Part shown: positions 25,034 through 33,996 of the stretch, one piece after another
How positions within the stretch are numbered: position 1 is the stretch's first letter
Layout of the letters: the number at the start of each line of letters is the position of its first letter
DNA from: an uncultured delta proteobacterium
Lineage (GTDB): Bacteria > Myxococcota_A > Polyangia > Fen-1088
Direction: 5' to 3'
Assembly (NCBI GenBank): GCA_963755125.1
Contig: CAVWIP010000010.1
Location: forward strand, 407,911 to 471,910
DNA length: 64,000 nt
Translations under genes and position numbers: made by a program
Notes under the pieces: generated by a model
Database searches by the model: none
What the model saw: the letters and a program-made list of their open reading frames with translations, nothing else
Told to the model about the DNA's origin: nothing

Positions 25034-26961
25034 GACCGCGCCTCCTGCCCTGGAAGCGGCCGCAAGGGCGCCTTTTCGATCTGCAAGATGATCTCGCCGG
25101 CGCGATCTCGGGCTGCGCGCACTTCCTCGGGCGACAGGCTGCCCGGGGAAAAGCGGGCGCGGTCGCAATCCTCCAACGCGGCCAGAGTGGCATCAACCAA
25201 CGTGGGCGCCATCCCCGCTCGCTCCAGGGCGGAGCGCAGCTCGTCCCACGACAGGCCTGCGATCTGCGTATTCAGTTTGCCAGTGAGAAACTCCCGCAGC
25301 ACGCGCTCGATCTCGCCGAAGGCCTGCGCCAGCCTGCCTTCCGTGAGATGGGCCTCGGCCGTACGCAGGCGGCGGCGCACCAGCCGGCGCAGCTTGCGGC
25401 GGCGCGTGCCCTCGGTTTCCTTGCTCAGCCGCTCGCGTGCGAACCCGAGCAGAGCGGTCAGCGCCAGGGCCAACGGCGGCACCGCGACCGCGACCCACAG
25501 GCCGTGCGACTGGTAGAAGCTTGTCCCTAGATCGCGGCGCAAGGTAGGACGATTGCGCAGGGGCCGGATGTCCAGTGCGAGCACATTCTCGCCCCCGGCC
25601 GCGACCGCGGCCGAACCCGACGCGACGATTCCCGTCGGGGCGGCATGCGCCCCCGTCGGCTGCGCGGCATCGCCGCTCACCTCGATGCGCAGCGAATTGC
25701 TCTTCTCGGTGCCGTAGCTGCCGCGTTCGGGGTCGAAGAAGGCCAAGCTGAGCGGCGCAATGTTGGTCACGCCCGGTCGCTCGGGCAGAAGCAGGTATTC
25801 GATCACCTTGCTACCCTCCACCCGCTCGCCTGGGTTGAGGGTGACCGACACCTTAGGCTCGTACACTTTCCAGCCGTCCAGGCGAGGCAGGGTCGGCGCG
25901 GCCAGCTTGCGAAGATTGCCTTGCCCGTTCACCGTCAGCTTGAACGTGACCGCCTCGCCCACGTTGACCCGATCGCGGTCGACTTCCGCGCGCAGGGTGA
26001 AGTGGCCAACCGCCGAGGTGTCGAACTTGGGCGGCTGGCCCGCGGTGGGCAGGGGCAGAACCTCGATGGTTAGAGGCTCGGTCTTGAGGCGCTCGGTGCG
26101 CAAGGTCGCGCCGAAGAAGTCGACCCGCGAGATCTCGGATTCGAGCGGGCTGATGGTCAGACGCCCGGGATGCAGCGGAAAAAGCGCCTTCTTCATCAGC
26201 GGGGCGACCAGATAGTTGTGTCCCTCGTAGCTCTGCTCGGTCAGCGAAAGCCCGGTGTGTTGATTGGGGACTGGGAGGTCCTCGACCCAAAACCCGTCGG
26301 TGCGCGGCTCGGCCGTGGTGCCATACTTGTCCTGCCGTTCGGTGAGGTACAGGAACCACTCCACCGTGATCTGGTCGCCGACGTAGGTCCTGATCTTGTT
26401 GCTCTGGACCCGGAGGAAGTTGCGTCGGCCCCGGCCCGGCTGGGTGTCGGGGGCAGGAGCCTCGTCGTCTCCACCCAGCCCGGGAAAGGGCAGGCCAGGA
26501 TTGAGCATGCCGTGGGGAAAGCTGCGGGCAGGACGCCGCGCCGCGGGCGCTTGGCCCGAGTCAACCACGGTGATGGCGATCTTTTCCGTGTGCAGCTCCT
26601 GGCCATCCACGCGCACGCGGGCTGGACCGACGTTGAACGTGCCTCGGTCGAGCGCCTGCACGTCGTAGTGCCAGCCGTACACCTGGCGCACGAAAGTGCC
26701 GCCGCCGCCCATCTGCATCTGGGTGGACTGGCTCGGCCGTTCGGCCAAAGTGCGGAAGCCGCGCAAGTCCGGCGCGCGATAGCCATCTACGCGGCCTCCT
26801 TCCACCGAAAGGGTGATCTCCACGGTGAACGATTCGCCAGCCCCGACCTGGGTGCGGTCCACGCGCGCGACGAAGCTCGGCTGGGCAGCGTGGGCCACGC
26901 CCGCCCCGATCACGATCATCAGCCCGACGATCGATAGAGCGCGAAGCCGCATCACTACCAA
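25030..26961 (-). CDS. BatD family protein
   Basis: Ig-like repeats (VDRTQV..GE, YVGDQ, AVGHF, GQGNL), TM and DRARFSP; operon context. Confidence 0.88.
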   Translation of the reverse strand: MVVMRLRALSIVGLMIVIGAGVAHAAQPSFVARVDRTQVGAGESFTVEITLSVEGGRVDGYRAPDLRGFRTLAERPSQSTQMQMGGGGTFVRQVYGWHYDVQALDRGTFNVGPARVRVDGQELHTEKIAITVVDSGQAPAARRPARSFPHGMLNPGLPFPGLGGDDEAPAPDTQPGRGRRNFLRVQSNKIRTYVGDQITVEWFLYLTERQDKYGTTAEPRTDGFWVEDLPVPNQHTGLSLTEQSYEGHNYLVAPLMKKALFPLHPGRLTISPLESEISRVDFFGATLRTERLKTEPLTIEVLPLPTAGQPPKFDTSAVGHFTLRAEVDRDRVNVGEAVTFKLTVNGQGNLRKLAAPTLPRLDGWKVYEPKVSVTLNPGERVEGSKVIEYLLLPERPGVTNIAPLSLAFFDPERGSYGTEKSNSLRIEVSGDAAQPTGAHAAPTGIVASGSAAVAAGGENVLALDIRPLRNRPTLRRDLGTSFYQSHGLWVAVAVPPLALALTALLGFARERLSKETEGTRRRKLRRLVRRRLRTAEAHLTEGRLAQAFGEIERVLREFLTGKLNTQIAGLSWDELRSALERAGMAPTLVDATLAALEDCDRARFSPGSLSPEEVRAARDRAGEIILQIEKAPLRPLPGQEARS

Positions 26962-27773
26962 TCCTTGGCCGGCGGCGCGCGGCGCACGGCGCGCAGACGG
27001 GCGCGCATCTTCTCCAGATCTTTGGGGCTTCGCTCCAGGCTGTCCAAGACTGCATCGATCTCGCTCATTTCGGGAGCTTTGTCATCCTTGGGCTGGGCAG
27101 CCGGTTGTTCTTGCGGCGGCTGGGCTCCGGCGTCCTGACCCTGGGGTGGCTTGGGCGGCTCTTGCTTGGGCGCGCCCGCATCTGGCTCCTGCTTCTTCTC
27201 GTCCTGCTTCTTGTCCTGGTCTTGCTTCTTCTGATCGTCGCGTTTCTTCTGGTCGTCTTGTTTCTTGTTGTCCTTATCCTTGTCCTTGTCCTGTTGCTCC
27301 TGCTTCTTCTTGTCTTCCTCCTGTTTCTTCTGCAATGCCAGTTCAAGGTTCCACTTGGCGTGCATGTCGCCTGGCTCCAGGCCCAGCGAATGCTTGTAGG
27401 CGGCGATGGCGTCGGCGTAGCGGTCGGCCTTGAAGTAGCTGTTGCCCAGGTTGTAGAAGGCCGCCGCTTTCAGCGAGGGAGACTTGCTCTCGGTAGCCCG
27501 CATCAGCTCGGCAATGGCCTCGTCGTAGCGAGACAGCGCAAACAGGGCCGTGCCACGATTGAAGTGCACCGCCGGGTCAGCCGGCAGCGCTGCAGCCGCC
27601 TGGTCGTAGCGGGCCAGCGCCTCCTCTGCCTTGCCCTTCTGCAGGCTGGCGTTCCCGTCGGCCACCGAGCGGTTGGGACGTTCCAGCGGATTCCACGCCG
27701 CCAGCAGCGGCAGAAATGCCAGCGCGGCGGGGAACGCGTGTGCGGGCTTCACGGCTCGACGCTTCGCCCTCAT
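26955..27773 (-). CDS. BatC-like TPR protein with K/D/Q-rich tail
   Basis: HFNRGTAL, FYNLGNSYF, AKWNLELA and a C-terminal KDW. Confidence 0.85.
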   Translation of the reverse strand: MRAKRRAVKPAHAFPAALAFLPLLAAWNPLERPNRSVADGNASLQKGKAEEALARYDQAAAALPADPAVHFNRGTALFALSRYDEAIAELMRATESKSPSLKAAAFYNLGNSYFKADRYADAIAAYKHSLGLEPGDMHAKWNLELALQKKQEEDKKKQEQQDKDKDKDNKKQDDQKKRDDQKKQDQDKKQDEKKQEPDAGAPKQEPPKPPQGQDAGAQPPQEQPAAQPKDDKAPEMSEIDAVLDSLERSPKDLEKMRARLRAVRRAPPAKDW

Positions 27774-28789
27774 GTCTTCCTCCTGCGGCGTTCGTTCAGG
27801 CAGGCTTCGCCAAGCAGAATCACAAATGCCGGCAAGAGCAGGTATTCACAAACCTCGTCGTAGCGCTTGACCAGACGGGCTTCGTTTTCGGTGCGCTTCA
27901 ACCCGGCCAGTGCGGCCTCGATCGCCTCCACCCCGAAGTGGCGCGCGTCGGCGCGCAAATACTCGCCGCCCGTGCGTGCCGCGATCTTGGACAGCAGATC
28001 CTCGCCCAGCCGCGAGGTGACGTACTTGCCCTCGCGATCCTTGACATAGCCCTGGGCCTGGCCCTCTTCATTCACTTCCGGCACCAGCTCGCCGGAACGC
28101 GAGCCGATGCCCACGGCAAAGACCTTGACCCCCAGCCTGGCCGCCTCGTCGGCCATCTCCATCGGCTCGCTGTCCGTGTCCTCGCCGTCGGTGAGCAGCA
28201 GGATCGCCTGTCCCCGAGTCTCGCCGCCCTGGGCGCGCAGGCGCTTCAACATGTCTAGGCCCGATTTGAGCGCGCGGCCGATGGCAGTGCCGCCCACGGG
28301 AATATCCGACGGGGTCATGTCGCGCCAGAAGAGCTTGACCGCCGCGTAGTCCGTGGTGGGTGGGTAGGTCAGGGTCTCGCCCGCGAAAGCCACCAGCCCG
28401 ATGCGATCACCGGCCAGCCGGTCCATCAGCCGTTCTAGCTCGCGCTTGGCGCGCTCCAGGCGCGAGGGATAGATATCCTTGGCCAACATGGACTTGGAGA
28501 AATCCAGCGCCACCACGATGTCGAGCCCGCGTTGCTTTTCTAGACGTGCCCTGCCACCGGCCTGGGGCCGCGCCAGGGCCAGGGCCAGAAACGCCAGCGC
28601 CAGCACGACCATGGCCGCAGCCAGCACCTTGCGCGGCACTGACACCGAGGCTGCCATGCGCGCGATGAGCGCCTGCTCGCCCAGCCGGTTGAGCAAACGG
28701 CGCCTCCGGGCAAAGGCAATGGCATAGGCCAGCACCACGGCCGGAGCCGCAAGCAGGAGCCACAGCAAATGCGGGTTGGCTATGCGCAT
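27770..28789 (-). CDS. BatB-like VWA protein
   Basis: ALARPQ, MIDAS DFSKS, GGTAIG and LLTDGED. Confidence 0.9.
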   Translation of the reverse strand: MRIANPHLLWLLLAAPAVVLAYAIAFARRRRLLNRLGEQALIARMAASVSVPRKVLAAAMVVLALAFLALALARPQAGGRARLEKQRGLDIVVALDFSKSMLAKDIYPSRLERAKRELERLMDRLAGDRIGLVAFAGETLTYPPTTDYAAVKLFWRDMTPSDIPVGGTAIGRALKSGLDMLKRLRAQGGETRGQAILLLTDGEDTDSEPMEMADEAARLGVKVFAVGIGSRSGELVPEVNEEGQAQGYVKDREGKYVTSRLGEDLLSKIAARTGGEYLRADARHFGVEAIEAALAGLKRTENEARLVKRYDEVCEYLLLPAFVILLGEACLNERRRRKT

Positions 28790-29887
28790 TTAGGGCAGCC
28801 TCCGCAGGCGAGACAGGCGCAAAGCGATTTCCAGCAGCAGCACGACGAAAGCCGGCCACAGAAAGCGCGGGTACAGCTCAGCATAGAGCGCGCCGCGATC
28901 GCGGATGCGCGACTTCTCCAGTTCTTCGAGGATGTTCTGGAATCGCTGCGCCAGCGCGCGGGTGTCGCTAGCCAGATAGGGCGAGCCTCCCGTCATGCCC
29001 GCGATCTGTTCCAGCAGTTTGGGGTTGACCGCGTAGCGCTGCTGCGGCTGGTTCACGTCGTCAGCCTCGCGGCTGCTGTCATGGGCGCCGGCCAGGATGG
29101 TGTAGATTTTCACGCCCATTTTCTGGGCGAAACTGGCGGCCTGCAGCGGCGAGATGTTGCCCGAGTTGTTGTCCCCGTCGGTGAGCAGGATGACGACCTT
29201 GGACTTGGCGTCGGACTTGCGCAGACGCGCGAACGCCACACCCAGCCCGTTGCCGATGGCGGTGCCACGTCCGTCGACAATGCCTGGCTGCAACTCGGCC
29301 AGCATGCGCAGGAAGGTGCCGTGGTCGAGGGTGAGTGGCGTGTACGTGTACGCTTCACGGCCGAAGATCACCAGCCCGATGCGATCCCCGCGTCGGCGTG
29401 TGACGAAGTCCTGGATCACGGCCTTGGCCGCTTCTAGCCGATTGGGCTGCAGGTCGGTCTCCTCCATGGAGCCGGACATGTCGAGGGTGACCACGATGTC
29501 GATGCCTTCCAGCTCCAGATCGTCGTCTTTCTGCGAGGTTTGCGGACGCGCCAGCGCCAGAGCCACCGCGACCACGACGAACAATCGCAGCACCACGGGC
29601 AGATCGGCGAGCCGCGCGACCCACCCAGGCTGCAGGCGGCCCACCTCACCTGCGCGCGAGTACACCAGCACGGGATGGCGCGCCGGCGCACGCCTTATGC
29701 CGGCCCAAATCACCAGGGCGCCGGCGAGCGGGATCAACGCGAGGGCCGCTGGATGGACAAAGCGCAACAGTTCAATCGAACGAAACCACCACAGATAGAC
29801 CAACGCCGCCGGTAGGAAGATGGCGGCAAGCAGCGGGTAAGGAATCCGTCCGCGCGGCGCACGCGCCTGCTCCCGGCGCTCAGGCAT
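28790..29887 (-). CDS. BatA-like VWA protein
   Basis: ALARPQ, MIDAS DMSGS, DRIGLVIF, GTAIGNG and LLTDGDNNSG. Confidence 0.9.
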   Translation of the reverse strand: MPERREQARAPRGRIPYPLLAAIFLPAALVYLWWFRSIELLRFVHPAALALIPLAGALVIWAGIRRAPARHPVLVYSRAGEVGRLQPGWVARLADLPVVLRLFVVVAVALALARPQTSQKDDDLELEGIDIVVTLDMSGSMEETDLQPNRLEAAKAVIQDFVTRRRGDRIGLVIFGREAYTYTPLTLDHGTFLRMLAELQPGIVDGRGTAIGNGLGVAFARLRKSDAKSKVVILLTDGDNNSGNISPLQAASFAQKMGVKIYTILAGAHDSSREADDVNQPQQRYAVNPKLLEQIAGMTGGSPYLASDTRALAQRFQNILEELEKSRIRDRGALYAELYPRFLWPAFVVLLLEIALRLSRLRRLP

Positions 29888-30899
29888 GAGGCGCCTCCAC
29901 GGTGGTGCTCGCGACACCAGCGGCCGGGACCGGCGGCTCGGGTCGCGGGCGCGTCGACTCCACGATGCGGATGCCGGTTTCCAGCGCCCCGCGCGCCTCG
30001 GCCATGGATGGCGAAACCTTCGCGAATTTCACCAGGTCGCAGCCCGCCAGCCAGCCTTCCACCTCGCCCAACACGAAACCGCGCATTTCCTGGATGGAAA
30101 CCCGACGGCGCAGCCGGAGCACCAACTCCTCGGTGGTCAACTCCAGCGAGTCGAAGGCAAAGCGCGCACCCAGGTATTCGCGGATGATCTCGGACAGCTC
30201 GAAGGTGAAGGGGCGCAAGTCCTCGCTGCTTGCCAGGCGAGCGCCCAGGCGATCGAGCCGCTCCAGCGCCACCTCGTGCGCCGGCCGCGGTGGAGGCGCC
30301 GGGCGATGCGCGGCCCGCGCGCGCAAGCGGCGGCGAATGAACAGCGCCAGCGCGGCACCCAGTGCGGCAGCCGCTAGGCCGCCGGCGATGTAGGCGTAAA
30401 GGTAGTCACGCTGGATCACCGGCACCGGGCCAGCGTTCTCTTTCAACTTGGGTTCGGGCTCGTTGGCGATCAGGCTGGTGATGGTGACGGCAATCGGCTG
30501 CGTGCGTGCACTGAGAACCTCGCCACCCTTGCCGAAATAGGTCACTTCCACCGCAGGGATCTGCGCCGCGCCCGGCTGATACGCCGCCACGGTCAGCTCG
30601 AATTCGCGGCGCATCTTGCCGTCGCCCAGATCCTTTTCTTCCAGGTGTCGCGAAAGCTCGGTGAAGGGAGACAGATCGACGTTCTCGGGCAATATGACCG
30701 GGGTGGTGATAGGACTCACCGCCGTGATGGAGAGGTGCAGGGCATCGCCCACGTGGGCCTCGGCCTTGTCCACGCGCGCGGTCACCGTGGGCGCGTCGGC
30801 CCGCGCGGAAGCCACCAGCGCAGTCGGCTGTGCGTCGGCGTGCGCCCCGGCGTCGGTCGGCGCGGCGGTCAGCAGGCCGGCCAGGATCCACTCGATCAA
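29880..30899 (-). CDS. Bat-operon membrane protein (Ig-like domain, TM, helical C-terminus)
   Basis: P.HEVALERL, LSEIIREYL, LELTTEE and DLVKFAK, typical of the gene following DUF58. Confidence 0.8.
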   Translation of the reverse strand: MIEWILAGLLTAAPTDAGAHADAQPTALVASARADAPTVTARVDKAEAHVGDALHLSITAVSPITTPVILPENVDLSPFTELSRHLEEKDLGDGKMRREFELTVAAYQPGAAQIPAVEVTYFGKGGEVLSARTQPIAVTITSLIANEPEPKLKENAGPVPVIQRDYLYAYIAGGLAAAALGAALALFIRRRLRARAAHRPAPPPRPAHEVALERLDRLGARLASSEDLRPFTFELSEIIREYLGARFAFDSLELTTEELVLRLRRRVSIQEMRGFVLGEVEGWLAGCDLVKFAKVSPSMAEARGALETGIRIVESTRPRPEPPVPAAGVASTTVEAPHA

Positions 30900-31780
30900 T
30901 GCCGCAACCTCCGAGCCCGCGCCTCGAAGAAACTGGTCAGCGCGGGCAGGTACGGGCGATCGGTCCGCACCGCGATAGCGTCGAGCGACAGGCGGCGGAA
31001 CAGACCCTCGCGCCCCTCGCGTGCCGCGCGACTCCTGTCGGCGAAGACCTTTCCTTCGGGCCCCGAGGTGTCAAACACCACCACCTCGCCGCTCTCCGGA
31101 TCCTGCACCTCGAGCAAGCCCACCTGCGGGATCTGCTCCTCCAGCGGATCGGTCACCGCCACCGGAACCAGATCGTGACGCCGGGCTGCGATGCGCAGCG
31201 AGCGTTCGTATTGCTCGGGCGGCGCCAGGAAATCCGAAACCAGGAAGGCGACCGCGCGGCGGCGGGCGATGCGCCCCAGAAAATCCAGGCCCAGTCCCAG
31301 GTTGGTGTGGGGCGAATTCGGTTCGTACGACAGGATCTCGCTGATGACGCGCAGGACGTGCTTCTTGCCCTTCTTGGCTGGCACGAAGCGCTCGACCTTG
31401 TCGGTAAAGATGATGAGGCCGACGCGGTCGTTGTTGCGGATGGCGGAAAAGGCGAGCACCGCGGCCAACTCGGCGGCCAGCTCTCGCTTCTCCTGTCCCA
31501 CCGACCCGAAGCGACCCGATGCCGACATGTCGACCAGCAGGAGCACGGTCATCTCGCGCTCCTCGACGTACAGCTTGACGTAGGGCGCGTTCATGCGCGC
31601 CGACACGTTCCAGTCGATAAGCCGGATGTCGTCGCCCGGGATGTACTGGCGCACCTCGGAGAACGCGATGCCAGAGCCCTTGAACACCGAATGGTACTGG
31701 CCCGCCATCCGATCGCGCACCAAGCGCTCGGTCACGATCTCGATGGTGCGGATCTTCCGCAACAGCTCGCGGGTCAGCAT
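30896..31780 (-). CDS. DUF58 family protein
   Basis: FSEVRQYIPGDDIRLIDWNVSAR, EEREM, DMSAS and SDF. Confidence 0.95.
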   Translation of the reverse strand: MLTRELLRKIRTIEIVTERLVRDRMAGQYHSVFKGSGIAFSEVRQYIPGDDIRLIDWNVSARMNAPYVKLYVEEREMTVLLLVDMSASGRFGSVGQEKRELAAELAAVLAFSAIRNNDRVGLIIFTDKVERFVPAKKGKKHVLRVISEILSYEPNSPHTNLGLGLDFLGRIARRRAVAFLVSDFLAPPEQYERSLRIAARRHDLVPVAVTDPLEEQIPQVGLLEVQDPESGEVVVFDTSGPEGKVFADRSRAAREGREGLFRRLSLDAIAVRTDRPYLPALTSFFEARARRLRH

Positions 31781-31791
31781 GGCGACAGAGC

Positions 31792-32775
31792 CTAGGGAAC
31801 CTCGATGCGCTCGAAAAGTTTGCGCACCACCTGCTCGGAAGTCATCTCTTCGGCCTCGGCCTCGTAGGTCAGAATGACCCGGTGGCGAAGCACGTCCACG
31901 CCGATGGCCTTGATGTCCTCGGGCGTGACGTAGCCGCGGCGCCGCAGGAAGGCGTGCGCGCGCGCCGCCAGGTTCAGGTAGATGGACGCGCGCGGGCTGG
32001 CGCCGTATTCGATGAAGTCAGCCAACTCGGCGAGGCCGTAGGCCTTCGGATCGCGCGTGGCGTGCACGATGTTGACGATGTAGTCGCGGATCTTCTCGTC
32101 GATGTAGATCTGGCTCAGCACCGAGCGCGCCTCGGCGATCTGGCGTGGCGTGGCCACCGGCGCGGCCCGCACCGACGTGCCCGTGGTCATGCGGTCCATG
32201 ATCGCACGCTCCTCCTCCTTGCTGGGGTAGCCGACCTTGACCATCAACATGAAGCGATCGAGCTGCGCCTCGGGCAAGGCATAGGTGCCTTCCTGCTCGA
32301 TGGGGTTCTGCGTGGCCATCACCAGGAATGGGTCGGGCAAGGCATGGGTCTCGTCGCCCACCGTGACCTGCCGTTCCTGCATGGCTTCCAGCAGCGCGGA
32401 CTGCACCTTGGCGGGCGCACGATTGATTTCATCGGCCAGCACCAGGTTGGCGAAGATGGGCCCCTTCTTGGAAACGAACTCGCTGCGGCTCTGGTTGTAG
32501 ATGACCGTGCCCACGATATCCGCGGGCAGAAGGTCGGGCGTGAACTGGATGCGCTGGAAGCGCATGGCGAGCGAGTCGGCCAGGGTCTTGACCGTCAGGG
32601 TCTTGGCCAGGCCGGGCACGCCTTCCAGCAGAACATGGCCACCAGCGAGCAGGCCGATGAGAATGCGTTCGACCATGGCCTTCTGGCCGACGATGACCTT
32701 GCCCACTTCCGCGGTCAGGTTTTCGACGAAAGCGGATTGCTGCTGGACCATTTCATTGATGACACGGACGTCCAT
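31792..32775 (-). CDS. MoxR family AAA+ ATPase
   Basis: GVPGLAKT, RIQFTPDLLP, DEINRAPAKVQSALLEAM and ATQNPIEQEGTY. Confidence 0.97.
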   Translation of the reverse strand: MDVRVINEMVQQQSAFVENLTAEVGKVIVGQKAMVERILIGLLAGGHVLLEGVPGLAKTLTVKTLADSLAMRFQRIQFTPDLLPADIVGTVIYNQSRSEFVSKKGPIFANLVLADEINRAPAKVQSALLEAMQERQVTVGDETHALPDPFLVMATQNPIEQEGTYALPEAQLDRFMLMVKVGYPSKEEERAIMDRMTTGTSVRAAPVATPRQIAEARSVLSQIYIDEKIRDYIVNIVHATRDPKAYGLAELADFIEYGASPRASIYLNLAARAHAFLRRRGYVTPEDIKAIGVDVLRHRVILTYEAEAEEMTSEQVVRKLFERIEVP

Positions 32776-32855
32776 GCGATCTCCTCGGGAAAGGGGAATT
32801 TCCGAAGACGTATAACTACTCGGAGCCCCGCTATATTTCCAGAAAGCAACCGGGG

Positions 32856-33935
32856 CTACGCCGGATGCTGCTGGGTCAGGCAGTGCAAGGTGCCGAAGCC
32901 CAGCACCAAGTCCACGGCGTGAATACCAACCACGGGACGGTCATGGAAGAGCTCGCCGAGGATTCCCAGGGCGATGCGATCCGCCGGATCGTTGAAAGTG
33001 GGAACGATGACCGCGGCGTTGGCCATGTAGAAATTGGCGTAGCTGGCAGGCAGTCGCCAGTCGCCGCAGTAGAGCGGCGCCGGCATGGGCAGAGCAATCA
33101 CTTCGGGACGCGCTCCGTCCTGCAAGCGAGCATCTTGCAGCCGTTCCCAGTTCTCGCGCAGGGGCGCAAAGTTCACGTCGCGCTCGTCCTTCTCCTGGAT
33201 GACCACCATCGTTCTTGGGTTCACGAAGCGACACAGGTCGTCGACGTGGCCGTGGGTATCGTCGCCTGCAATCCCGCGGCCCAGCCAGATGACATTGGGG
33301 GTGCCCAGGGTGTCGCGAAAGACGCGGTCGTATTCCTCGCGACCCATGCCGGGGTTGCGGCACTGGGTCTTCTGATCCAGGAAGCATTCCTCCGTAGTCA
33401 GCAGGGTGCCGCGGCCGTTCACGTCGATGCCGCCGCCTTCGAGCACGATCGGCTCGCCCTCGCGCGTGACCGGGAAGAGCCGCATGCTTCGTCGCTTGGC
33501 AATTCGCTCCGCGATGCGGTTGTCCTGCTGCCAGTTCGGGTATTTGGCCCAGGCGGTGAACTTGAACTTGGCGACGGCGACTTCGGGCCTGCTTCCCGGC
33601 TTGCGCACGCAGATGGGCCCGAAGTCGCGTGCCCAGCCCCGATCCGAAGGGGCGCGGAAGAACTCCACGTTGGCGAGGTTGGCTTGGGCGCGGGTAAGGA
33701 TTCGTCGCGCCCTGGCTTCTCTCGACGGTTCGTCGACAATGATGCGCACATTCTCGCCTTCAGCGATCTTGCGCACGATCTCGCCATAGACCCATTCGAT
33801 GGTGTGAAGCTTGCCTGGCCAGTCACTGCGACAGTGCGGCCAGCCCAGCCAGGTGGCCTCATGGGGCTCCCATTCGGCAGGCATGGCGAAGCCAAGCTGG
33901 GCGGGCGTCTCAGGGTCAGGTGCGCGGAACTCCAT
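32856..33935 (-). CDS. Agmatine deiminase family protein
   Basis: MPAEWEPH, WARDFGP, LEGGG, DDTHGHVD, ASYANF and catalytic HCLTQQ. Confidence 0.95.
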   Translation of the reverse strand: MEFRAPDPETPAQLGFAMPAEWEPHEATWLGWPHCRSDWPGKLHTIEWVYGEIVRKIAEGENVRIIVDEPSREARARRILTRAQANLANVEFFRAPSDRGWARDFGPICVRKPGSRPEVAVAKFKFTAWAKYPNWQQDNRIAERIAKRRSMRLFPVTREGEPIVLEGGGIDVNGRGTLLTTEECFLDQKTQCRNPGMGREEYDRVFRDTLGTPNVIWLGRGIAGDDTHGHVDDLCRFVNPRTMVVIQEKDERDVNFAPLRENWERLQDARLQDGARPEVIALPMPAPLYCGDWRLPASYANFYMANAAVIVPTFNDPADRIALGILGELFHDRPVVGIHAVDLVLGFGTLHCLTQQHPA

Positions 33936-33996
33936 CGCCCGTGGTTATAGACGGAAACCGCGCGAGCACAACCGACAGACTATGGCCCGCTCGGAG

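Noticed and set aside
27180..27335. Pyrimidine-rich low-complexity tract
   Set aside because: It encodes the K/D/Q/E-rich linker usual in BatC-like proteins.
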